From the IMG/VR virus record IMGVR_UViG_3300042691_020932, positions 18,591 to 82,590 of that record: a stretch of DNA of 64,000 bases; one strand, given 5' to 3'. The notes under the pieces were generated by a model. It made no database searches and was not told the origin of the DNA. It saw nothing but the letters and a program-made list of their open reading frames with translations. Every line of letters starts with the position of its first letter. Position 1 is the first letter of the stretch. Both the position numbers and the translations under genes were made by a program. Source of the DNA: a virus. Positions 18,096 to 30,185 of the stretch are shown here, in pieces.

Positions 18096-21000
18096 TTAAT
18101 TGTAGTCATTATATTTCAATGGATTAAATCTAATAACAGATGCGGAAGTGCTAATTCCACCAATTCCATAAGAGTTAAATTCATTTGGCGATGTTCGATT
18201 AAGATTGGAAATTTTTCCCCATGTAAAATTACCACCATAGTAAACAGTATTGTATGGAATTAGTGAAGATGTGTCGAAATAATCAAAAGTATAACTAGTA
18301 GAGTCAAAAGTGATTGCAGGAGATCCGAATCCAATAGTGCTAAGTCCGACAGATGAATCGTCATCAGATTTTGTAACTACTCTTTTAACAGAAGTTGTTC
18401 CAATTCCAACTATTTCAGAAGTAATAGTTTGTATATTACTTACTTGATATATTCCATCAATGTATTGTGTAGAAACTCCAATTACTGAGTCATCATTTCT
18501 ATAATTTGTATAAGTTTCTGTTGTTAGACTTACATTTGAATTTTGTATGACAAAATAATCTCCAATTTCTATCTGACTAATTGTGACGGCAGTTCCAACA
18601 ATATCCTCATCTCTTAGTATAGAATTATTTGGAATATGGAAATCGAATATTTTATATTTACTAATACCAATCATAGTTTTTCCATATCCAACCACAGCTC
18701 CAAAATCACCAGAATAACTAATATTATCAATTACTTCAGACTTGGGTGTTGGTGGTTCAACTAAAACAACAGGAGAACTCAACGTTGTATATCCAGACCC
18801 TACAAAATCTATATTAATTGATGAGACTGTACCTGCAACAGAAACATTTGTTGTCGCTCTTGCTGCATACTCGCTTCCAAATCCTATTGGATTTTGAATG
18901 GTAATTGAAGGTGGGTTTATTGGATCATATCCAATACCACCATCAGTAATTAATATCGAAGAAACAATGCCCGCAGAAGAAATAATTGCTGTTACTGATG
19001 CCGAAACAATCACATCTTGAGATGCGACCAATATCTTATTTTGGGGTTCTTGTGCTACAAGATATTCTTTTTTGCTGTCAAAAAATGTCTTTACACTTTC
19101 AACGTATATTTCAGTAGAACCAACACTAACACTTTGAATTATATTTGTTGTTGGTTGAATAATTGGTTCATTTATAATTCTATCTTTTGTGAATAATTTA
19201 TTGTCAATAAACAAATCATCTGTCTGTCGATATAAATTAATAGTTCTTAACAGCGATTGATTCTGTGATATTCCTGGACCTGGATAATTATTGGTATTAA
19301 CTGAGTCAACAGAGTTTATTCTAGTTATTATTCTATCATTTTGACTTAAAGCGGGAGATTCATTCGTTATTCTTACAAAATCTCCAATCTTAATTTTTTG
19401 TTGTGGAGTTACATTTGCAATATCAACACTCGATGTTCCTTGATAGAAAATAATTCTGCAAGTATCTCCATACTTTGGAGCCTCAGTGAATAGTATTGTA
19501 CTTCCTCCATCAAATATGTAACTTCTATTTGGAACTTGTAAGATGTCATTTAAAAATACTAACAATGTTGCCTGAACTTCAATCAACGATCCGAGTCTTG
19601 ATTTTATGGAAACAGCAGATTCGTTATACGTTAATGGGAATAAAGTTCTAATTCCATCAAACAAATCATCTAGAGGATCGAAAATTTGTAAGTCACCAAA
19701 GAACAATCCTGAGAATGTGTCGGATGTTGTTCTATCAATTTCTAAAGAAAACTCTGAGAAAGTTAAACTATTATCTGTTGGTATACCGACAATTCCACCA
19801 ATATCAACTGTCAATACTTCCCCTTGTCCGTATCCATATCCAAAGTTTTTAATATCAAAGTTAATTACACTTGATCCGTTGCCGACAACAATATCAACTT
19901 TTGCACCAGTTCCAAATCCAGTTGAAGATGATTGGCTATAAACTAATGGAATATTTGAATATGGTAGAGGATTATCAAAGACAACTTTTGGTGGATTTGA
20001 TCTTGTATATCCAATACCAGGATTAGTGACAGCAACACTTACAATTCTTCCATTACTTACTGCAGCTGTTCCAATGAATTGAATATTCGGAGTACCAGTT
20101 GATGAAGTATAAACTCCAACATTGACAAAAGTTTGAATTCCTGCTCTATATCCAGAACCGCTATTTCCAATACTAATCGAAGATATTGTACCTGCAGCAG
20201 AAACTATCGCAGTTCCACCTGCAGCAACCAGAGGTTGATATCCAAATCCACCTGTTGAAGCAACCGATACAATTATTCCACCTTTAGGAACATTTGTTGA
20301 ATTGATGTCATAAGATGAAGTTGGAGTAGATCCTGTAAATGTTATTGTTGTAATTCCCGCACTTTCTTCAAGTAAATAATCTCCAATAATTGTTTTAGGT
20401 ATAGTTAATCTCTGTGGACTTTGTGCTACCTGATTGATTAATAAAATTCCATTGCTAGTAACAATTCCTGATAGATTATTTTTATTTGATTTTAAGATAA
20501 AATCTGTTTTAATACCATTGAAAGAATCTGAAATATCATCGAGAATGTAATTTGTAGAATATGCTTCACTTGCAGTATTTTTAAATCCGGATCTTAAAAA
20601 GATTCTTCCACTAAAAGTAGAATGAGTTGTTATTCCAGTCCAATCAGTTTCATTATTTGCTGATGTCGGAACTGGTGTTGGTCCATATGGTGGATTAATA
20701 AAGTTGATCTTGTTATTTGTTATGTTATAAGATCCAAAAAGTTTTGTAACCAAAGAGTTCTGGGAGTGTGTTGATATACCAGTACCCATCCAGGATCTAT
20801 CAACCAAAATTGAGTTTGTTTGGCCGTATCCAACACTCCTAACCTTCATTATTTCGTCATCAATCTTCAGAAGATCACCACCAAAAATAGAAGTTATTCC
20901 GGATAGACGAACAACGTCGTCAGATATTAATAACGGTGCTGCAAGAGTTGAAGTGACCGCTGTAGAAACAATAGGAGATTGGATAACATTGTCAATTGTT

Positions 21001-24000
21001 ATCAATGATTTTGAATTTTGATTTGTAGATGTTAATTTGTGTATAGAACCTATTCCAACTGATGTAATATTTAAAACTTGAGGGACTTCTTTTAGAGCAT
21101 TCTGAGCCGTAGAAGCAAGTTTAATTGTCGAATCGTTTATTTTAACAACGTATAAATTAGAATGTAACTTATCAGTAACTCCAATTCCAGCAAAAGAAGT
21201 TTCTGCAATTCCTATTGGACGGGCAAGTTCCCCTTCATAACTATAGGTTACTCTTTCTCCAGTGACAAAGAAATGATTTGGTAGTCTGATGGTGCTATCT
21301 GTTATATTAACAATACTTGGATTGTTTCCATCAAATGTTCTTTGGAATATCGGAAGTTGTTTATATAGTAGATCAAATTCTCTCCTAACTTCGGATGAAG
21401 TAGAATTATAAATTGCATTCCCAGTTTCAACTGAACCACTAAGTAAATCTATTCTAGAAGCGCCTGGATCTGTTATTCCAACTCCTAAAATATTTTCAAA
21501 TACTCTAACTTCCAATTCAGTATTTTGAATTGGAATAAAGCAAAGTTGAACATTATCTCCAGTAATTTTTGCACTAACTTCACCGAGATTTAAATCTGTA
21601 TAAATTTTTCCAAACTCCAGTATGTTTGCATCCACATTTGTGCTTGCAACAACAACTTCAGACATTTGATGTCTATTGTTTACTTTATCGGAAATAGAAA
21701 TAATATAATATGAAGAATTAAAGTCTCTCTTATCGTATTCGCAAATTACATTTTCTCCAGGAATTGCAGTTGCTCCTACTGATACATAATTAGACTTTAA
21801 TCTATTTGTAGATACATTCAAATAACCGGAATTAATAGAGGTAGAGTCATTTGCTAATGAATATACGACAGAATTGACGGTGCATGAAGTGTTAAACCCT
21901 ACATTTGGGGTAAAACTTATATTTAAGGTAGATCCAGAAAGATAAGCTCCATAAGTTCCAAAACCTGATGAAGATGATGTTATATTGTTATTAAAAGATC
22001 CATATTCTAAAAACACAACATCTGTTCCATCATGAATGACACTTATTTCATTATATTCATAGAATGTATTATTATCTGAAGAAATTTGTACTAAAATTTT
22101 TGATGCTCGATAAGATGATGCAATAGAAACTATATTAGTCGCATTTGTATCATTTTCTGAAATTGTATAATTTGAGGTTTTAATCTCAACAATATTACCT
22201 AAGAAAATAGTTGATATTCCAGATGCATCATTCTCTAAATCATATGAAATATAATTTATGTTGAAATTATTTGTTTTATATTGGTTTGGATAAAATAGGA
22301 GATTAGCTTCGTTTCCAATGAAAGATACATCAAATGACCCCAAATCTCCAACAGTTTCTACCCTAGCATATTGGTTTATATGAGCGTAATTGCCATCATG
22401 TAATATAGTTACCAAAGAGATTTGTTTCTCGCTAGAAAATCTTCTATCAAAAACATCAATAATATATTTTTTACTTCTATTAGTATTTCTCTTGAAACTA
22501 TTAACTGCCACAGATCTTGAAGATCTCTCTTCACTATTAAATTGATTGCTTATATCATCAACAATTAATACTCTATTGTTTAAAACTTGTGTATAATTGG
22601 ATACTTCAGTATTTTGGAATATAATTTCGTTAGATAAAATTTCGGAATCTATAGTTATTGTTTTTTCTTTTACAAAATCAAAATCATTAACACAATTGAA
22701 TCCAACAACTTGGGGAGAAAATGACTCTACATCAATTTCGCCAAAGTCTTGTGTGGTAGATATTCCAGTGAAACTATCAATTCCGGACTCAACAACTAAA
22801 TCGCCAAATTTTTTAAATCCTAAAGTATGATTTTGTGAAGTAACTACTTCATCCCATTTATTATACTCTACTTTCGATTTAATAGAGTACGAGAAGAACT
22901 GATAATAATCACTATCATGAATTTTTTGATAATCATTATTTAAAAATCCACTTTGAGTTTGAAATCCCTTTTTAACTATTGAATTTGATGATACTGAATA
23001 GTCTGCCTCATATTTTTCTACAGACAATATAATTGCATGAGTATTTGATGAAGAACCTCTTATTGTTTCTCCAACAATGAAAGTTTCATCGCTAAAAATT
23101 TTTAATGATTTTGAAATAGAATCCCACTCATCAACAATTCCTATAGAATTTTTAGATTTTACTTCTTCTTTGTTGAAAAAGTTATTATATAGTAGATCCG
23201 CTTCAAATATTGGGAAAAACTTTTTGGGAACTATTTTTGCCGATAAATTTTGATTTACAAAAACTCCTGGATTTTCATTGCCATTTAAATATTCTGATAA
23301 ATTATAAGTTACGTATGGATATCCTCCAATATTAACATTTGCAGAGGTTAGGGAGAATAAACTATATCCGTAAGATGATGAATTGTATCCTCTAAGAGTA
23401 GTTCCAATCCCAACACTTGTTCCTTCAATTAAAACCTCATCTCCGACAGAAAATGGAAAATCTTCAGAATTTGAGTATGTACTAGCTAATGAAACGATTA
23501 CATCTTTAGTTGCTGGATTAAAAGTGATTGAATTAATTCCTATTCCATTAGAATTATTAATTGGGAGAATTATTGGTTGTTGGTCGCTTAGTTTTGCAGT
23601 GTCTCTTATGACAGTAACTACCCTATCACCCAAATCGAAAGTTAAATCAACATCATCAATAACTTCATTTCTAGTGGAGTCTATTAGTATTAAGTCTGGT
23701 GCTATGTTATAATTCTTTCCTACAGATGTTATTCCAATTCTGTTGATAGAAAGTAAAGGATCTACTCTTACAATATACGGTAGTTTGATAGTTGGTCTTA
23801 TAGTATTATCTGCAGAATACTCAAAACCAATGTCTTCAATCTCCGTTGCAACAATTTTACCAACACTTGATGATTTCGGAACTACTAAAGCAAATTTACC
23901 TTCGGATGATGCAATTGATGTGATCTTAGGTAAAAACTTATATTGATTTCCGCCCGAAATAAATTTAAAGTTATCAATCTCACCATCAGCGAAGAATGAA

Positions 24001-27000
24001 TCTGTTGTGTATGATAATTTAGCTTCAGATGACAAATATGAAACTCTTTCTGGTTTATCCTTTGTATTATATGAGAAAGTTGTTGATGTAATTCCAGAAA
24101 TTAAATGACTTCCAGAATAAACACTATCTTTGATCTCTATTTTATTATTTTCTATAATATCTTCAAAGTCTCTGATTATTTCATTATTTTCTGCATAGTT
24201 TGTATTTGTATTAATTGGTTCTAATCCATAATACAGAACTTTTGGTAAAGTATTGGAGACAGATAAAGTAACTTTAGCATCTGTAGTTATACCAACAGTT
24301 CCTGATTTTACAATCTCAAATGAATTTTGAACTCCAGATGATTCGATAGTGTTTTTTAATTTTTGATCTGTATATAATTTAAAATCAAAAGATGGATATG
24401 GAATGGAATTTATAAGATGACTCAAAGAACTATCTGATAAATCAAAAATAACACTTTGATTTCTGAATACTTCAATTTTTGGATTTATTAATGATAGAGT
24501 ACCGTTTCCAGTACTAGTTAAATTTATGTAATTTGGTTCTGATAGTGTAGTTTCATGGTATGTCGTTGTTAGTTTAATTTTATTTTCATCGATAACTAAA
24601 ATGAAATATATTTGGTTGTTTTCTAGCCCACCAACTGGAGAATTTGATGTGTAAATTGCCTTTTGCCCCGTTTTATATCCATGAGAAACTATGGTAATAG
24701 TATCCTTAATTGTGTCAACATCTGATGTAAGAAAATCTTTTGGATTGACTACCATCCTACGATGGTAACCATTATATTTGATAGCGTAATTTACACTCAA
24801 TTGGGAAAGGGTCAGCATTGTAACTCTATCATTCACCTGAAGACCATGAGAAGATGCTGTAGATACAGTAACTAAGTTTTTGTCAACTTTTCCTACAATT
24901 ATATCTTTATAATCGGTTTTAAAACTATGTACGACTCCGGTGCCAATACCAGTAAAGAATAAAGTATTTGTAAATATTTCGGTGTTTATTCCTACAAAAT
25001 TTCCAGCAGAACCAATTCCAATAGGATTCGTTGCAATTCCGATTAAATTATTTTTTGTTACGGCTGCATAAACTATTTGGTTATTTAATAATTCAAAAGA
25101 TGATTGTCCGTCAGTTGATACTGAAATTGATGTTCCACCATTATTTGAATAGATTAAAGAATCTCCTGTGAGTAAATTATGATCTGGTAAGAAAATTGAT
25201 TTAGTTGGAATAAACAAAGTTGTTCTTCCGAATCCAGGATTGGAAAAAACTAAAGTGTGTCCTATACCAATTCCATTTATAGTTCCGAGACCAACAGAAT
25301 CTGATGGATTAAAGTAAATTTCTTGATTTAAAGATCTACTGTATATTGATGTGATTACTCCTGAAGTAATTTCAAATTTTCTAGATCTTTGCGATAGCAG
25401 TGAAGATATTGAATGGGATGACCCAACAGTATTTTCATAACCTCTAACAACTCTTATTCTTTTTAGTTCTGGTTCAATATTTAAAACTTTTACTTTTTCC
25501 GTTTCAATTTCTAAAATATCATTTTCCCTTATATAAGGATATCCTAAAAATCCAGCAACTTCAAAATAAGTAACAATACCAGTTGATGTTATTGAATCTG
25601 CTGCAGAAACTAAAACTAAAGTATCAGTTCTTACACCAACTCTGTATGATCCATTTAAACCACTTCCAAATGTACTTATCCCACTGACATTTATTATGTC
25701 AAAATCTGAAAGATTGTGTGGAGAATAAGAAAAACCTATGAATGTATTGCCTCCAAAGTTACTTGGATAAAATTCTACATTTAAAATGGAGGTTGTGCTC
25801 GAAGAAACTTGATTTACGACTTTGCCCTTTAATTGAGAAACTTCAAATGATGCTTCTTGTCCTCCAGTTCCTTGATTATTGAAGATAATACGATCTCCAA
25901 TTTTATAATTTTTTCCAGAAGAAGTTATTCCAACAGAGTCAATAAAACCAACACTAGTTTTTTTAACTATTGAATTTTGCGATTTTATTTTTTCTGGTTG
26001 AGTTAAGAAGTAATAACCACTTCTATTATTTTGTAATTTGTAAGGTTTTGTATTTCTAAAAAATTCCGTTTTATTTAAATCTACCTCATCTTGATTTGAG
26101 GTAAGTTTAAAATTATAATCTATAGGGATAGATTTAAATTTATTACCTATTAAATATGGAAATACTGGTTTTCTATAATTTCTAAATGATCCAGATTGTT
26201 CGTTATTATTTGTATCTATTGTTGCAAAGTATGCATAAGTTCCTTTTGGATATTCTGGAGTAACTCCAAATCTACCATTAAACTCATCAAGATCTCCAGA
26301 ATTTGTATATTCGTAATCTTCAACAAAAAATCCTGCTGAATACGTAGATGTACTTGGTCTCTCAGATTTTAAAGATAATGTATATCCAGACTTTAAGAGT
26401 TTTATTGGTCCTCCACTAGAGGTTGAGTGTCCATATGGACCATAAATTGGATTACCATCATAAGCCCACCCAATTATTGGAGAATGTGTGTTTGAAAGTA
26501 ATTCTACACCAGCATCTAATCTAAGATCTGGAGTGAAAATTTCGGTATCGTTAAGATTTGATATTCTACCCAGTATCCTTCTTAGATATCTTGGAGCATA
26601 TGCATGAGTATATGCTAATCCATACTTAGAACCAATCTCTGGGTGAATAATACCATCATCATCGGAAATTATATTATCTGTAAGATTTTTTTGTACTAAA
26701 TTAATTTTCCAAGTCTTTGGAACAGATTGGAATGCTGCCCCAGACCCAGATGGAATAACATTAATCGCAGTGGTTGCAGTTGTAAATCCTTGTCCCCCAT
26801 TAATTACTTTAATTTCTGAGATAGAACCATTAGAAATAACAGGAGATAATATCGCACCAAAACCTTTACCAACAATTTCTAAAGATGGTGGAGAATTGTA
26901 CTCAGAACCACCCTTAATGATTATTACTTGGGATATTTTATCTCCAGAAACAATTGGCAATAGTTGTGCATTTTTTCCAGTTTTTAATGTAAATGTTGCT

Positions 27001-30000
27001 TGTCTGTTGAAATTTAATATATCTTCAGAACCATACCCAAATCCTCCAGTTTCTATGAATACTGATTTAATTTCTCCACGCACAATTGGTTGAACAATTG
27101 CGTTAAAATTTTGATTTGTTCTTGAAGATACCCCTATTATTCCATCTAATTTTACTGTAATTGGTTCATAATTGAAATTGTGAATTCCAGATCCTTTTGT
27201 TTTGAAATTTACAAATTGTTTTGTTTTATAATAAAAATCTTGCGTAGTAGTTACACCGACAACAGCAGAACCAATACCAACTGTTAATGCAGTACCGACC
27301 CTAGATAATTTAAAATAATTTTCATCGATTGATGTTACGTAATAAGATTTTCCTGAAGATAAACCAACTATTTCTTGTCCCGTTGTTGAATATACTACAA
27401 TTTCGCCTGTCTTATAATTATGATTTGGTGCAAAAACTGAATTAGAACTAGTGCTAATTCCTGATGGAAATACAGAAATTTTTCTATTTCGGTATCCTTT
27501 TCCAGGATTTGTAATTTTAATTGAACTTACTTTCTTTTTTATTATTTGTGAAGAAAAGTTGTGTATTCCCACACCATAAGAAGTTAAGTCCACGGTGTTA
27601 ATACCAACAAGAGCATCTTCATATGTCTTATGAAGTGTTATTGTATTTGAATCAATTACATAAGTATAATAAGTAGAATCTGTTGATAATCCACCAATAG
27701 ATTGCTGACCCTTTGTTTTATAAATAATGCCTTCAGCATCTCTAAATTTATGATACGTTGTGAACCCTATAGTATTATTTGCTAGATTTACAAGTCCAAT
27801 CGATTCAGTAGAGTTAAAAGAAACTGTATGTTCGACTGGGAATAAATCTACTTCTGCTATTGCACCACTTCCACTTCCGCCTGTTATAGAAACAGTTGGA
27901 GGTTTTAAATAATCAAAACCGCCATCTATGACAACAATATTTTCAAATAAACCTTCAACTTCACAATATGCACTAGCGCCAGTGCCTACAGAATCTGATA
28001 TTGAAAGAACTGGTGGTGTGATTACATCATAATCCTCCCCAGAAGCTAAAACATTTATCTTTTCTAATGGACCATAAAAAACAGTGTCATCTGATTTATA
28101 ATTTAAAATTTCTACACCGTTTGCAAGTATGCCAATAGTTCCCGTTTTAGTTTCATTTACTTCAGATACTTCTTGTGGTTTTTTTAATTTTTTTACTAAT
28201 TTTTGAGACTGCAAGTACTTATTTGCCTGATCTGACATAACAATCTCATTATCCGTTACAGTCCCTGTAAGAGATATGTAAATATTTTTATATAAATTTT
28301 CTCTACTTCTAGATAATTTTATAGTAGATGAGTCAACTTTTTTTACAAAATAAATTCCTTCTGATATATTCAGTGAATTTTCTGTGGATTTTGGTTTATA
28401 AAAGATGGAATCTCCCGTTAAAAAGTTGTGCTGCCCTACATTGATATTTTCAGAATAGTCAAAAGTTCCACTAAAAGTTACTGATCTTTTTTTAGTTTCT
28501 AGTTGAGAATTGAAATAATTAGGTATCGATGAAGATGTTACGAGATAATTTCCTAAATTATCAACGTAAACATTCTGAACATTTGCAGTATAAACACTTG
28601 CTTCGGGAAAATTTTGAAATTTTCCTTTTGATAAAACCCTATGAACCCAATCTTTCTTAGTCGTATCTATTTCGCCCTGACCACTTATATTAAATGATTT
28701 TGGATTCGAAATTGATATTATGGTAGACTCAATTTTTGTACCATCTGTCAAAAATACTGAGATCCTATCTCCAATATGAAAATCGTTAGCATCAAAGGTC
28801 TTTACTTGATACGTGAAATTCTGAGTATCAATCAAAACTAAAGAATCTATCTGATATCTTGTTGCAACGTTAAACATCCAATTGTTTGCAACAATATCTT
28901 CACTATATTTTCCTAGCGTCTTAATTTTTATATTATTTCCTTCAGAAAAAAGTTTTGTATCAGAACCTAGATTAATATCAGATAAAACACCAGTAACTCT
29001 AACTTTTACGATATTATTTGTTCCTATTCCAGAATATGCATAAGCATAAGAGTCAATTCTAATGTCTTGAGTCTGTGGAATAACTTGTGAAATTCCAGAG
29101 CATTCATAAAATTGAGTATATGATTTTGATTTATAACTTATGGAAATGGAAGTTCCGTTATTCAAATCTGCAATTAAAGTTCCTGAATTTGGAAATCCTA
29201 GTGTGGAATCAACATCTATAACACTAGAACCAATTGAAACTGGGGTAATAGTTTTTGTGATTGGATGTATAGAAAATTCTCCGGAATTACTATTACTTTC
29301 ATTTGGATTATAATCTAGACTAAGAACATAATATTCTTTTTCTCCTCTAATAATTCTTTCAACATTGTTTATAGAACCAAATGCTTTTTGAAAAAAGTCA
29401 GTTTTGTCTTGGAATAAAGTTCTATTTACAATTTTTTCAGGATCTCCCTCAATAGCTTCAACGACTAAATCTTTTACAATCCGATATTGAGCATTTGATG
29501 GGATTAGTAAATAATCGCGAGGTTTAATTACCTCAATCTCATCTCCATATAATGCTTTGAATAAAATTTTAAAAGATTGATCTGTACCTTTAGATGAATA
29601 AAAATCCTTTGACTGCTTAATAAATATATCCTGATTTAAATCAGAATAGAGTTTTCTATCCTCAAAACCAGGAGCAAACTGTTTTTTTATTTTTATAAAA
29701 AATTCTTTTAAAAATAAAATGCTAAGGTTAGTAACTGTTGAGCCTTCAAGATGTTCGTTAATTTGCGATGTAGAAAATACTAAATGATCTTTGCGACTTG
29801 GATTTTCATACGAGGTTACTCCACTAAAGCCTCTTACACAACCATTAAAAGATGTATTTGTCTTTGATGTATATGTGATAATTTCATTATCAATCTGGAT
29901 AAGTCCATAAGAATTGGGAAATCCTCCGGTAGATACTACATTAATAGTATCATCTGTTAAAGAAATACTAGATGTAGTTTTTGTCGAACTAGTTAATTTA

Positions 30001-30182
30001 GTTAAGTTATCTATTTTTACATACTCATCAATATTATTGAGAATATCTAAAGCACCACTTTGATATTCCAGTGATGAATAATATGTAGATAAAAATTCTT
30101 CAACTAATGGAAATTCTTCCTTTACAAAATCTGGAAGTTGATTTTCAATAACTGAACTAATTTTAACTCGTGTGTTTCCCAT
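18096..30182 (-). CDS. gp7: Giant baseplate wedge initiator gp7-like protein (4028 aa)
   Basis: IENQLP.FV.EEFP, DFYSSKGT..SF.ILF.ALYG, HSPIIGWAYDGNPIYGPYG, DSDYYQ.FSY.IKS; lies between gp6 and gp8. Confidence 0.85.
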   Translation of the reverse strand: MGNTRVKISSVIENQLPDFVKEEFPLVEEFLSTYYSSLEYQSGALDILNNIDEYVKIDNLTKLTSSTKTTSSISLTDDTINVVSTGGFPNSYGLIQIDNEIITYTSKTNTSFNGCVRGFSGVTSYENPSRKDHLVFSTSQINEHLEGSTVTNLSILFLKEFFIKIKKQFAPGFEDRKLYSDLNQDIFIKQSKDFYSSKGTDQSFKILFKALYGDEIEVIKPRDYLLIPSNAQYRIVKDLVVEAIEGDPEKIVNRTLFQDKTDFFQKAFGSINNVERIIRGEKEYYVLSLDYNPNESNSNSGEFSIHPITKTITPVSIGSSVIDVDSTLGFPNSGTLIADLNNGTSISISYKSKSYTQFYECSGISQVIPQTQDIRIDSYAYAYSGIGTNNIVKVRVTGVLSDINLGSDTKLFSEGNNIKIKTLGKYSEDIVANNWMFNVATRYQIDSLVLIDTQNFTYQVKTFDANDFHIGDRISVFLTDGTKIESTIISISNPKSFNISGQGEIDTTKKDWVHRVLSKGKFQNFPEASVYTANVQNVYVDNLGNYLVTSSSIPNYFNSQLETKKRSVTFSGTFDYSENINVGQHNFLTGDSIFYKPKSTENSLNISEGIYFVKKVDSSTIKLSRSRENLYKNIYISLTGTVTDNEIVMSDQANKYLQSQKLVKKLKKPQEVSEVNETKTGTIGILANGVEILNYKSDDTVFYGPLEKINVLASGEDYDVITPPVLSISDSVGTGASAYCEVEGLFENIVVIDGGFDYLKPPTVSITGGSGSGAIAEVDLFPVEHTVSFNSTESIGLVNLANNTIGFTTYHKFRDAEGIIYKTKGQQSIGGLSTDSTYYTYVIDSNTITLHKTYEDALVGINTVDLTSYGVGIHNFSSQIIKKKVSSIKITNPGKGYRNRKISVFPSGISTSSNSVFAPNHNYKTGEIVVYSTTGQEIVGLSSGKSYYVTSIDENYFKLSRVGTALTVGIGSAVVGVTTTQDFYYKTKQFVNFKTKGSGIHNFNYEPITVKLDGIIGVSSRTNQNFNAIVQPIVRGEIKSVFIETGGFGYGSEDILNFNRQATFTLKTGKNAQLLPIVSGDKISQVIIIKGGSEYNSPPSLEIVGKGFGAILSPVISNGSISEIKVINGGQGFTTATTAINVIPSGSGAAFQSVPKTWKINLVQKNLTDNIISDDDGIIHPEIGSKYGLAYTHAYAPRYLRRILGRISNLNDTEIFTPDLRLDAGVELLSNTHSPIIGWAYDGNPIYGPYGHSTSSGGPIKLLKSGYTLSLKSERPSTSTYSAGFFVEDYEYTNSGDLDEFNGRFGVTPEYPKGTYAYFATIDTNNNEQSGSFRNYRKPVFPYLIGNKFKSIPIDYNFKLTSNQDEVDLNKTEFFRNTKPYKLQNNRSGYYFLTQPEKIKSQNSIVKKTSVGFIDSVGITSSGKNYKIGDRIIFNNQGTGGQEASFEVSQLKGKVVNQVSSSTTSILNVEFYPSNFGGNTFIGFSYSPHNLSDFDIINVSGISTFGSGLNGSYRVGVRTDTLVLVSAADSITSTGIVTYFEVAGFLGYPYIRENDILEIETEKVKVLNIEPELKRIRVVRGYENTVGSSHSISSLLSQRSRKFEITSGVITSIYSRSLNQEIYFNPSDSVGLGTINGIGIGHTLVFSNPGFGRTTLFIPTKSIFLPDHNLLTGDSLIYSNNGGTSISVSTDGQSSFELLNNQIVYAAVTKNNLIGIATNPIGIGSAGNFVGINTEIFTNTLFFTGIGTGVVHSFKTDYKDIIVGKVDKNLVTVSTASSHGLQVNDRVTMLTLSQLSVNYAIKYNGYHRRMVVNPKDFLTSDVDTIKDTITIVSHGYKTGQKAIYTSNSPVGGLENNQIYFILVIDENKIKLTTTYHETTLSEPNYINLTSTGNGTLSLINPKIEVFRNQSVIFDLSDSSLSHLINSIPYPSFDFKLYTDQKLKNTIESSGVQNSFEIVKSGTVGITTDAKVTLSVSNTLPKVLYYGLEPINTNTNYAENNEIIRDFEDIIENNKIEIKDSVYSGSHLISGITSTTFSYNTKDKPERVSYLSSEAKLSYTTDSFFADGEIDNFKFISGGNQYKFLPKITSIASSEGKFALVVPKSSSVGKIVATEIEDIGFEYSADNTIRPTIKLPYIVRVDPLLSINRIGITSVGKNYNIAPDLILIDSTRNEVIDDVDLTFDLGDRVVTVIRDTAKLSDQQPIILPINNSNGIGINSITFNPATKDVIVSLASTYSNSEDFPFSVGDEVLIEGTSVGIGTTLRGYNSSSYGYSLFSLTSANVNIGGYPYVTYNLSEYLNGNENPGVFVNQNLSAKIVPKKFFPIFEADLLYNNFFNKEEVKSKNSIGIVDEWDSISKSLKIFSDETFIVGETIRGSSSNTHAIILSVEKYEADYSVSSNSIVKKGFQTQSGFLNNDYQKIHDSDYYQFFSYSIKSKVEYNKWDEVVTSQNHTLGFKKFGDLVVESGIDSFTGISTTQDFGEIDVESFSPQVVGFNCVNDFDFVKEKTITIDSEILSNEIIFQNTEVSNYTQVLNNRVLIVDDISNQFNSEERSSRSVAVNSFKRNTNRSKKYIIDVFDRRFSSEKQISLVTILHDGNYAHINQYARVETVGDLGSFDVSFIGNEANLLFYPNQYKTNNFNINYISYDLENDASGISTIFLGNIVEIKTSNYTISENDTNATNIVSIASSYRASKILVQISSDNNTFYEYNEISVIHDGTDVVFLEYGSFNNNITSSSSGFGTYGAYLSGSTLNISFTPNVGFNTSCTVNSVVYSLANDSTSINSGYLNVSTNRLKSNYVSVGATAIPGENVICEYDKRDFNSSYYIISISDKVNNRHQMSEVVVASTNVDANILEFGKIYTDLNLGEVSAKITGDNVQLCFIPIQNTELEVRVFENILGVGITDPGASRIDLLSGSVETGNAIYNSTSSEVRREFDLLYKQLPIFQRTFDGNNPSIVNITDSTIRLPNHFFVTGERVTYSYEGELARPIGIAETSFAGIGVTDKLHSNLYVVKINDSTIKLASTAQNALKEVPQVLNITSVGIGSIHKLTSTNQNSKSLITIDNVIQSPIVSTAVTSTLAAPLLISDDVVRLSGITSIFGGDLLKIDDEIMKVRSVGYGQTNSILVDRSWMGTGISTHSQNSLVTKLFGSYNITNNKINFINPPYGPTPVPTSANNETDWTGITTHSTFSGRIFLRSGFKNTASEAYSTNYILDDISDSFNGIKTDFILKSNKNNLSGIVTSNGILLINQVAQSPQRLTIPKTIIGDYLLEESAGITTITFTGSTPTSSYDINSTNVPKGGIIVSVASTGGFGYQPLVAAGGTAIVSAAGTISSISIGNSGSGYRAGIQTFVNVGVYTSSTGTPNIQFIGTAAVSNGRIVSVAVTNPGIGYTRSNPPKVVFDNPLPYSNIPLVYSQSSSTGFGTGAKVDIVVGNGSSVINFDIKNFGYGYGQGEVLTVDIGGIVGIPTDNSLTFSEFSLEIDRTTSDTFSGLFFGDLQIFDPLDDLFDGIRTLFPLTYNESAVSIKSRLGSLIEVQATLLVFLNDILQVPNRSYIFDGGSTILFTEAPKYGDTCRIIFYQGTSSVDIANVTPQQKIKIGDFVRITNESPALSQNDRIITRINSVDSVNTNNYPGPGISQNQSLLRTINLYRQTDDLFIDNKLFTKDRIINEPIIQPTTNIIQSVSVGSTEIYVESVKTFFDSKKEYLVAQEPQNKILVASQDVIVSASVTAIISSAGIVSSILITDGGIGYDPINPPSITIQNPIGFGSEYAARATTNVSVAGTVSSINIDFVGSGYTTLSSPVVLVEPPTPKSEVIDNISYSGDFGAVVGYGKTMIGISKYKIFDFHIPNNSILRDEDIVGTAVTISQIEIGDYFVIQNSNVSLTTETYTNYRNDDSVIGVSTQYIDGIYQVSNIQTITSEIVGIGTTSVKRVVTKSDDDSSVGLSTIGFGSPAITFDSTSYTFDYFDTSSLIPYNTVYYGGNFTWGKISNLNRTSPNEFNSYGIGGISTSASVIRFNPLKYNDYN

Positions 30183-30185
30183 TTT

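Noticed and set aside
18096-30182. 4028-aa ORF as a novelty
   Set aside because: Very large gp7-like baseplate proteins with repeated beta modules are usual in T4-like cyanophages.
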